From positions 62,001 through 126,000 of the forward strand of contig NGBS01001167.1 in the NCBI GenBank assembly GCA_002245135.1: a DNA stretch of 64,000 nucleotides. Reading direction: 5' to 3'. Below the pieces are notes generated by a model that did not search any database, was not told where the DNA came from, and saw nothing but the letters and a program-made list of their open reading frames with translations. The stretch's first letter is position 1. Each line of letters begins with the position of its first letter. The stretch is from Proteromonas lacertae (Eukaryota). Made by a program: the position numbers and the translations under genes. This document shows positions 53,225 to 64,000 of the stretch, in pieces.

Positions 53225-54739
53225 ATGTTACACAAAGCACTTAAAGAAGATAACAACACTAATACAGAATTAGCTGCTGAAAAAGAAGCACTTTATGATG
53301 ATTGCTGTATTTTATAACTGATTATATTTAAATGTAGTTGAAGAAATTGAAAAGGATATTATTAAGAACGAAAAATTACTTCATGCAATTACTGCTCCTA
53401 GAAAAATTACATCCAATGGAGACTATTTGATAGATTGGTATGACAAGGTATTGCTTTTTTTATGCTAATATAATAAAACTAGTACTATCGAGAGTGTGAA
53501 GCAAAAAAAGCACGAAAAGTGAAAAAGGCAGACAAATTCCTTTTTGACCAATATAGCGTTGATTGGAGAAAGCCTAATCATCAGTTTGAATTTGTGCCAT
53601 TAGAAAAGAAAAGTGTATGTTTATCATCTTTGTTATTGTGAATAGATGAGAGAATGGTTTAATTCTATATGTACTCAAGGTAAAACAACAATATCACTAA
53701 ATCAATTATACACCTCTCTATTATCTGTCGGCATTATATCGTCTGCAGAAGAAGTAGTTAAAATAATTAGAACACTTCAGTCACATATACCAGATGTTGA
53801 TGTTATATCATATGAAATATTTGTAGAAGTATTCAGAAGAGCAATGAATATAAAAGGAGCTACAAAAATTGATGAAACTACAAATGTATTGATTGATTTT
53901 TTTTTTAATTTTATTTATAGTTAACCAATACACATCTAAGAATGATGGCCTTTCATTCCAGTCTACATCCTGATCATAATCATTTATCAATGTCTCTATG
54001 GGCAGGACAACAACGAAGAAGATTATTGTTAGATTCAATAACAACTGCTTTTGATTCTGTAGCTCCACCTATTGATATGTCTGATCCTTTATCTCCATTG
54101 AAAGCAAGAATGAGTGTGATTAGACCAACTGAATCTGTTGCTTCAGCATCTCATAAGGATGAAAAAAGTAAATTATCAAAATCAAAATCAAAATCTCATT
54201 CAGATGCTGAAATAAAAGCTGCTAGAGATACATTCACTATTTTAGCTGATAGTATATTAGGAAAAGAAAAAGAAATGAAAAGCAAGAAGAAAATGGAACA
54301 AGAAATAGAAAAAATGAAAAAAGAACAAGAAGAAAAGATACATGCAATGGCTATGAATAAGCCATTATCTTCTAGACAAAAAACTATTGTATCAAAGAAA
54401 TCACATATCACTACTGCTAGAAGTTATACTCCATTTTCAAGAATTTCTAAAACTTCTTCATTACCTTTAATTGCACCCCCTATTACAACTTATTCGCCTG
54501 TTACAGAAATGTTAAAAGCTCCAGATCCAATTATTACCAAGAGTAATCATTGTGAGACTATAACTTTGAATAAAATATACACAAGTGATAAACCTAATTT
54601 AAATGTTAAAACTAATAATACAAAGGTGAAAGAAGCAAAGAAAATGTTAAAAACTAAAGAAAAGGGAATGATTTTTGAAGCAAGAAAGAAACCTGATGTT
54701 TTTGATGAATGGATTAAGAAAAGAAATGAATTGTTGTAA
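53225..54739 (+). CDS. Hypothetical protein with degenerate EF-hand pair
   Basis: Four canonical introns give an open frame; MREWFNSICTQGKTTISLNQL...ISYEIF is EF-hand-like. Confidence 0.6.
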
Positions 54740-54824
54740 TTAAATGTGTATAATCTAATCCTATTTATTTATTTCATTGTTTTTATTTGTTTTAAAATTT
54801 TGACCGTTTCTTCTTTTTTTCGTT

Positions 54825-57775
54825 ATGGAGAATAAACAACCTACAGATGAAGAACAAGAATATAAAGAGGATAAAGAGGAAGAAGACATTAATAACAATC
54901 AAAATGAAGTATATTTTATACTTAGTAATCACATTAGTCCGATAAAACAGACGATAAGGAATTGGATCAACAAAACCAGTCTGAAAATAAAGAAGATGTT
55001 GCTAATGAAAATGAAAATAAACCAGAAACTGTTGATACACCTATTCAAAGTGAATATGTGACAGTAGCAATTGGAGGGTATTTAAAAATTAATTCTATTT
55101 GATTTAGTATTACTGTAATTATTCCAACTGAAGTGCTACATCTCCCTGCAGATGATAAAGATTCTTTGAAAGTTCAATTAGCTATGCAAAGGCAAGCATT
55201 GATATATAGAAAGCAACAATTAATAACACAAATTGAACATATTAAAACACAATTGGAGTTACATCAAAATGAATTAGAGTCAATACCTCCAATCCGTGAG
55301 AATAGTCCAAATGCTGATGATTTAGCCTATGAAAAATCATTTTTACAACAAAAAATAGAAGAATTCAAAAAAAATATTAATTCAAGAGAAATGGAATTAC
55401 AAAGGATAAATGATGTAATAAAGCATTGGTCTGTACTATATAAATCAGTAAATAAACTACAATCAGATGAACAATACAAAGAATATCTGAAAAGAAATTA
55501 TTCAGCAATAAAAATACAGAAATTATTTAGATTTCATTTTTCTAAATTAGTTCTTGATTCATTGAAATATATGAAAGAAAATGAAGCTGCTTTAAAAATA
55601 CAATCTACATTCAGAGGATATTGTAGTAGAAAACTATCAGATCTTCTCACTAAAGACAAAAAGGAGAATGAAAAAAGAGCAATTGAGATAATCATCCGAT
55701 TTTTAGAATTTGTAAAAAGAAAGATAGAAGGAAATAAACTATTAGAATCAATGAGAAATGAAAGAAATGATAAAGTGGAAGAAACAATAAATCAAAGAAG
55801 AATAGAACGAAGACAATTAAGATCAGCATGTTTAATACAAAGAGTATATCGAGGTCATCTTGGTAGAATAAAAGCAGGAGAAAAGAGAAGACAAAGGCTT
55901 TTACATGGACCAGTAAAGCAACATGCAAATAAATATTTAGAGAAAGGACAATTATGGAACTTCTTAAGTTGTTTACAAGCTGATTATGATGATATTCAAA
56001 GGGAATTGTATGAAGAAAGAAGATTTGCTACAACATATGTTAATGAAGTGAATAAAGTTAAAGAAGAAAACAAAGTGAAAGTGATTAAGCAGTGGAGAGA
56101 ATTGAAGAAAGAATCAATGAAAAAGAGTATAATAATTATTTAATGTAAATATTATATATTTTGTACATAGAAATAAATGGAGATCAAAATTCTTCTTCTC
56201 CTTATTTAATGCAACTTACTTATAGTAATGTTAGACCATCTGAATTAAAGCCAGTAAAATCAAATACATCTTCAACTACTTCAACTTTGAAATCAAGAAA
56301 AACTGTCAATACAAAATCAAAATCTTCGATACAAAAATCACCAATAAGAAAAACAAAAAGAAAGAATTATGTTTCTGTAACTAAGGGTAATCTAGACAAT
56401 GCAATATTAATGATGCCAACTACACAACCTCCAGCACCAGTGAAAAGAAGACAGAATGATAACAGTGAGTGGAATCTTAATGATAAACATGATCCAGTTC
56501 ATAAACTAATATATCAAGCAGTATTAAGAGAATATATTCCACCATTTTCTAAGTCATATACAGCTGAAGATGCTTATAAAGAGTATTGTGCTTTGTTACC
56601 TGGTTTTCAAAAGAGACAGTGGGAAGAAAAAGCTAAAGTAGTTGCTACTCCATATATTAAACAATTATATTATGATGGTGTAAGAGATGTTGAAGCTGTT
56701 TATTATGCTGAATTAGAGAAGTATAAAATACCATTTTTCTTACTGAAAAGAGTATATATATATATATTATACTTATTGATTATAGATAAAAGCATTAGCT
56801 ACAAGAGTAATGGCTGCAAGTGAATATGTTGAAAAGAATAATGTTAGTAATAAATATAACAGAGGATCAAATCTATCTAATTCAAGATATTCACAATCTT
56901 CAAATGAAACTGGTTTATTACCACCTGTTGATTCACCCTCAAAATCAGATAACTCTACTGATTATAATTTAATGTTGAAATTAGATGATAAGAAAGATAG
57001 TAGAGTTCCAACAACAAAACCATTTGGTTATCCACTTTCTCAATCAGAACCACAACTAAAGACAGTAAAGAATGATGAATCAGCTAAAGTCAAATCGAAT
57101 GAATGGAGGAAGAGAAATGTTAATAAATCACTAGTTCCATTGTATGATGAAGATATTGAGATATTGAATGTGACAATTGATAGAATGAATGAAATGAAGG
57201 AATTAGCTGCTGTGAAAAGACAATTGTTAGATGATATAAGTATATATATTTGTTTATTTATATTATTAATAGAAATACCTAGTGGTGAATCTGCAATCGA
57301 TGTTTTATGTATGTATGCATCATTAGAAGCTTATTTAGATGATTATGATAATTTCCTGAAAGTATTTTTATTCTAATATTTTATATTTATTTAGACACTT
57401 TGTAGCTTTAGTCCAAATGAAATATTAGAAACGAGACAATTCATTAAAGCTCATATGTCATTAATTGATAAAAATGTAAAGACAATTATGAATATTATGC
57501 ATAAGAATGGATGTTATAAAGTGAAAGATATAATTAGATTTCCTCTGAATAAGTATTTTGACAAAGAGTTTTGTGATTCAATCCAACAGATTATTAAATA
57601 TAAATTAGATCATTCTTATAGTCTAAGAAAATCACTTCAGAGTTATAATGCCAAATATAAAGTTGGTCCAGCAGATCCACTTCACAAAGTTCCTCATTTA
57701 CCTCCTTTAAGACATAAAGAAGGTGATATTAAGAATTATAATAGTAACCAAGATATTCTAATAGAATCTCTGTGA
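54825..57775 (+). CDS. IQ-motif (calmodulin-binding) coiled-coil protein
   Basis: AIKIQKLFR, ALKIQSTFRGY, ACLIQRVYRGHLGR; ORFs joined by short introns. Confidence 0.75.
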
Positions 57776-57864
57776 TTTATATCATATATGTAATATCTAT
57801 TTAATTATGTATTTATTTTAGTATTGTTACTTTTTTTTAGTCATAAAACATCAACAACTAACAA

Positions 57865-59454
57865 TCAAATATATAGTAGAGAATGTCTCAAGGCCTGATC
57901 AGCAAAACTTTCATTATTATAGAAGTTTATTTCGAAAATAAACTCTTTTCTCTTTGTAAAATGTGAAATATCAACTTCTATTCTTAATTTCCTATGATTA
58001 TTACTCACCTTATTACATAAATGTTTTACTATTTTTAAACTAATATAGTTACCTCTAAGTACTAAAATTAAACAGTTAATTGAATTTATGTTATTTGTTA
58101 ATAATTTCATGCTTTTATTATCAATTGAAGTATAACTCAAATTCATTACTTTCCTATAATCAACCAACATATTCAAATTGTTTGCTAATAACCTAAATCC
58201 TTTATTACCAATTGGATTTTCTATTATACAAATATTGATATTGAAATAAAAATACTGTGTATGAAAAATTTTACAATGTTTTCATTTTCTTTAACATAAT
58301 CCAATAAAAATCCTATTCCCTCTGAATCAATGAAGTTATTACTTATATTAAGCATGAACTTCCTCTTTACATTCTTTAAAACATCCAATAAATGTTTTAA
58401 ATCACCTGAAGTAATTCCCATATTATTGCATTTTATTAAACCTCCATATCTGTAAAATTTTACCAAATTATTTCGAAAACATTTGACTTTCATAATATTT
58501 CTTTCGAAATAATATTTGACTGGATATATCAAAATATCTATATACATTACCACATCCATATTTAATAACGCCTCCTTTCTTTCTTTACATACCAACATAT
58601 TTTCATTTTTATCTTTAAACATTTCATTCATTTTTATCATTTCTTTTCTCAACTCTTTTAAACTCAATCTATCTTCACTCTCCACTTTCAACATTCTTTT
58701 TATCATTTCTTTCATTTCATCATCACATTCTACATCTATACTGTATTTACATCTCAGAATATTTTCTTTTGTTTTATTCATATTATCATTTTCATTGAAT
58801 GGTAATTTCTTGTTTGATATTTCATACAAAATACAACCAATTGACCAAATCACACTTTTCTCATTACATTCTAATCCACACAATTCTTCTGGAGTTTTAA
58901 AGCAAATATCATATAATCTCAAATCCTCTTCTTTTCTCAAAGTGTTTAACCACAAATCACATATCTTTATATCATCATTCCCTATCACTATATTACTACT
59001 CTTCAAATTACCTATTACTACACCATATTCACTCATTATAATTAATACATTACATATACCACACATTACACGAAAAATATCACTATTTGAAAATGTCTTT
59101 GTGTAAATTATCTCTTCTAAATCTCTGAAGTAATATTCTCTATATACTACCACATATTCACTATTGTTATTTAATTGAAACATCATAGAAGGATAAATAT
59201 AGGATCTACAACAATCTGTTAGTAAAGAATTGTTTTCATAGCTTCTTATAATTCTCTTTCTCCTTGTATTATTTATATTGAATATTTTCATCTTTCTGAC
59301 ACTTTTCTTATACTGTAGTTTCAAATGTACTTCATTTTCACTTTTTTCTAATTTTTCTATTATCTACAATAAAATATTGTTAAAATTATACTGATTTAGA
59401 TGGTAATAGTAAGCAAAATATATCATCTACAAAAGAAATTATGCAAAATGTCAT
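57865..59454 (-). CDS. Pseudokinase-LRR family copy 3 (apparently intact)
   Basis: SFVDDI first exon with the same intron as copies 1/2; GNLKSSNI, ICDLW, KTPE, VIWSIG; LRRs (LNISNNFIDSEG, NPIGNKG). Confidence 0.75.
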
Positions 59455-59544
59455 TTTAGAATTGAAGTGTATAATTTAACGGACAAATTTTTGTTTTTCA
59501 AAAAAACAAAAAATAATCATTGAAAAACTTATCTATATTTACTT

Positions 59545-61353
59545 TTATATTTTCTTATCATTTACTTTCTTTTCACTTTTCTTTTCTACTATCACTATGT
59601 CATTCTCTTCTAATTCAACTTTCTTCACTTTATGATTCTTTATTTCTTTTCTTCTCTTTTGAATAAAGTCAATTAGACTGGGTTCTTCTTTTTTATCATC
59701 ATTCTTTTTCTCTATTTCTTCATCAGCATCATCATCAAGTCGACATGTAAAAGAAACAATTCCTGGATCAGGTACAATTCCATATTTCTTCTCCAACCAT
59801 TCTATATAATATATAGTCTCATTTCTTCTTTGTGGGAAATATTTCAAATAAGTTCTACCTTCAGGTATTGGGAATATTCTTTCAAAATGACCTCTACGAT
59901 GATATTGTTCTTCTCCATGCATTATCATATCCCTATTATATATTGAATAAATGAATATAAATTATTAATATATACAAATATTTATGTGGTATTCCTTCCA
60001 ATTCTTTCATTCTTTCAGGTTTTTCATATTGTTTCAATATTTTTTTATCCAAAGGATATTTCTTTTGATTATCAAAATCATATGGTTCTGGACCAACTAA
60101 GTGTAATACATCACATACTAAACTATCTTTTATCTTCACATCTAACGGTGTAGCTGTTTTCAACGCAGGTGATACATTTACTTCAATTAACCACGGTTTA
60201 TATGATTCATCAATCATTATATCAAATCCAAATAATTCAAAACATTGATTCTTCTGTCTTACAAATTTCTTTATTGAATAATTTGTTTCGGATTCTGCTG
60301 CTACTAATGTTTTTATAATTACATCTTTTATTTGTCGAAATATTCCATCATAATTAATACCATTTTCATCAAAATATTTTCGAAGTATTTCAAAACTCCA
60401 TTTGTTTCCTTCTTCTTCATTTTCATCTTCATGAACTTCATAAGCATCACTTAATTCATTTATACTGCTATTAGTCAGATGACAAAATAAATTATTATAA
60501 TTATTTTGTTGATATTTCACTGTAGCTATTCTAACTAACCCTTGGTCATACATATAAATACACAATGGATTAAAATTAGTGACTAATACATATATTCTTA
60601 AATCAAATTTATATCCATTTAAAGTCAAAGGATTCATTATATATTGTTGTACTATCTCACCTTCACTTGTATTATATTTCATTAAATCTTTACCAACATG
60701 AACAGTTATTCCTTTTCCACAACTAGAAGAAGCTGGTTTTTTAATCCAAACAGAATCTAAGTGATTTTCTAAATATGATTTAAATGGTAAAGTATCTCCT
60801 GGAAGAAGATAAGCATGTGGATATATATTATAATCTACACCATACATACTTGAATATTTCTTCATTAGACGTGATAATCGATCTTTACGACCTAAACACC
60901 AAGTACCTGGGAAATGATTCACTATTTGATAACGATGTAATTGAATCCATAACTCATGTTTACTACTGAAATGTTTTCCTACAAATATTGACCAATCAGT
61001 TCCTTTTGTACGATAAAAACCTGCTCTTAAGAATGTTCTTAATACACAATATCTCTTCCAATGCATAAAAAAACGAAATGATCTTAATTGATCATCTGGT
61101 ACTGAAATTACTATAATTAATCAATAATAATAGTATAAATACAGCCATCTACTTCTCTTTCTTCATGAAATTCTGGAGGATATGAGAAATATACTGTTGC
61201 TTTTCTAGCATAATAGCTAGGTACTAAAAAAGGTTTTCCTGTTGGTTCTGTCACTATTCCATTACCTGGTGTATTATCCTCTTCATCTTCCCCTTCTTTT
61301 TGAGTTTGATTTTTCATCTCAGCAGTTTCACTAGCATCATCTTCTTTTGACAT
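59545..61353 (-). CDS. Tubulin polyglutamylase, TTLL4-like
   Basis: VNHFPG...LGRKDRL, WIKKP.SSSCGKGI, QQYI.NP, KFDLRIYV, HLTN, FELFGFD, PWLIEVN.SP, FERIFP; start codon uncertain. Confidence 0.88.
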
Positions 61354-61571
61354 TTTATTTTCACTGTTTTTATTGGTATCAACTATTATAGTGGAATAAT
61401 ATATTTCTATACATTTATAAAATTCAAAACTGAAATTTGAATTTTGAAACGACTTATTTTTTGAAACACTCAAATTCATCAGAAAGAAATATATGATGGT
61501 GAATATTATCCAATTATAGTTAAATTATATGATTCAAATATAACAGATTTTAAATACTTTAATTAAAGAGT

Positions 61572-64000
61572 ATTTAATTCTAATCTAAATTTATATTTTC
61601 ATAATCTCTTCTGATATATCCATTGTTGTAAGAATAATCTACTAACTCTTTCCAATTACTAGTGCTTTTTAAATATTCACAATTCCCAAATATCCATAAA
61701 CTACATTTACTTCTACTTATACTCACATTCATTCTCTTTTTATCATCTATAAATCCATAATTATTACTTATTCCAAAACTTCGACAAATAGATAATATTA
61801 TGATTTCCATCTCTCTTCCTTGAAATCCATCTACTGTTTCTATTTCTATATTATATTTACATAATTCACTTATTGATATATAATATTCAAGTAGATGTTT
61901 TTGACATGAATATGGAGTTATTATTCCTATTCTATCATTCAATTTATTTCCTCCTCTATACAAATATCCTAACAGATGATTTATTATGGCTTTTATCTCA
62001 TATTTATTATACAAAGAATTTGATCCATTCTCTACTTCGCATTCTCCATTCACATTAAACCACAAATATGGTTTGTAATTAATATCAATATGATAAATAC
62101 TATTTCGAATGTTTATTAACTCACAATAATCTTCTATACTCTTATTATAAAAGTAATATGATGGAAATCTAGAGATTTCAGGATGCATTCTGTATTGAAT
62201 ATTCAATTGAATAGGTTTAATATCATTATTCTATTATTCATAACATATATAATAATAATAATCATTTATACTATTAATCTTTCAAATAAACTTCGATTGA
62301 AATTTATATTTTGCATATACGGATTTGTGATTGTTGCATTTAATTGATTTTCATCTCCAACCATTATCAACGATTTATGATTTATATATAATGGAATTAA
62401 AGTAGATGGTTCTGTTGACTATTCATATTATATATATTTATTAACAGATATACCATTGCACATTCATCCATTATTATTAATGGTAATGGAATATCTTTAC
62501 TTATATTTTGAAGAAATTTATTGTAGCAACTACTAAAAGTACTACATATTATATCACTACTACTCATTTCATTATATATAAATTTACCTATCATTCTATT
62601 ATCTTTACAATTCTATAGATATATATGATATTTAACTATGATGATATATATACATTTTCTTCTTTATATTCTTTTATTAATCTCTATATATATTATTATA
62701 TTATTTATATCATATAATATATATATATACATTCAATTCAAAACAATTACATTCTTCATCATCACTATTTCCAAGTCTTAGGATTTTGGGTAAATAAACA
62801 TTTCCATTAGATAATTCATAATGACTATTCATTTGTTTTAATATATTATCAATTGCTATATTCGTTGGACTACATACTAAAATTGGTCTTTTATGATTCT
62901 ATCAATAAACATAAATAATGGAATTATACAATCAATATTTCTATATAATATCTCAGTAATGAACATATTGTACTTGTTTTACCTGTTCCTGGAGGTCCTC
63001 TTATCAATTCAATATTGTTATTATGTGACGATAAAAAACTGTTGTATTGAGAATCATTCAATCCATTTAAACACTAAATAATTATCATTTTTATATTCAT
63101 ACTTTGTATTTTTTATATTTCTCTCTATCTGTTCTTTCATTATATTGTGTTTTATACATTGATGGTTTAAGAATATATTTTATCTCACTTATATTTTCAC
63201 TATTGTTTAGTATATTCATCTCTCTTATATATGTTGTTAAATCACTACAATAATATATTCTCAATGTTATATTATTACTATCTTTATCATTACATCCTTC
63301 TTTTAAATATCTAAAAAATATATTGTCATAGAATAATCTATCATTATATATTATAAATGAATATTGTTGATATGATTGTTGTTTTTGCAATAACATGAAT
63401 TTGGGATATTCTTTATTATTCTATATATATATATATATAATATAAAATAAATCATACAGATGTTGATATTAAGAATAAACTATTTGGAAGTAATAATTTA
63501 GTATTGACTTCTTCAGAAAACTAAACATTAATCATATGATTATATACACAAACACATATTTCAATGTAGTTTTTATCGTCATCTCTTTCTGATACTGAAT
63601 AACTCACTGGAACTAGAAAAGCTTCTTCATTTATTGTCAAAAGCTTTGCTTTCAATGAAGATATTAATTCTTGCTCATTGCATAAACAAAATATGTTTTT
63701 ATATATTTCTATACTAGCTACAGTCATATTTACTCAAATACTTTTCAAATTCATTTGGTATTGATCTCAAACTATTCTTTTGTAATAGTGAATCAATCTT
63801 TGATAAATAAATGGATAAATCAGAAGAAATAAGAAAACTAGGAACAATTTGGAGGAATTCGTTCACATTGGTTGTTGTATTACCATCATTCTATTGAATT
63901 TATATTAATGAGCAACATTACATTCTCATTTTCTTCTTCATTCTCTTCTAATTCCATTTTTAATTATTTATGAAACGAATATATTTTTGATTTTTAAAAA
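61572..64000. repeat. Right arm of the inverted duplication
   Basis: Reverse complement of 42142-44580. Confidence 0.95.
61580..63957 (-). CDS. Sen1/senataxin-like helicase, copy 2 (identical ORF translations)
   Basis: All ORF translations match copy 1. Confidence 0.85.

Noticed and set aside
44581..61571. 17-kb block as a giant transposon with long TIRs (Polinton or composite type)
   Set aside because: The interior holds intron-rich housekeeping genes and no integrase, polB, capsid or DDE transposase; the arms are gene copies.

Overview
Very AT-rich, gene-dense eukaryotic (protist) nuclear DNA. It uses the standard genetic code, has tiny GT-AG introns (about 25-55 nt) and very short intergenic spacers. 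This style is most reminiscent of Opalinata-type stramenopiles (Blastocystis/Proteromonas-like); that taxon call is inference only. I assembled about 36 gene models by hand by splicing the ORF fragments. Housekeeping genes: RPS26, RABL6, METTL6-like, USO1, AQR, ADAT1, CSL4, RBX1-like. Cilia/microtubule-type genes: Tctex1, TTLL4-like, TPR, IQ, SPATA7-like. Expanded or accessory families: three pseudokinase-LRR copies (two pseudogenised), three tandem degenerate EF-hand-like genes, BTB-Ig-SPRY, intronless glycosyltransferases and two DDE-less pogo/CENP-B HTH genes. A near-identical ~2.4 kb inverted duplication carries a Sen1/Upf1-like helicase gene. The most notable observations are: a candidate minor-spliceosome AT-AG intron between the signature motif and Walker B of a short divergent SMC; three accessory loci each bracketed by a direct repeat of the neighbour's upstream region; a PH/5-phosphatase/3xcNMP/C2/NPF/polyproline protein; and recurrent candidate core-promoter motifs. 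No rRNA, tRNA or CRISPR was seen. Exon boundaries are manual predictions without transcript data.
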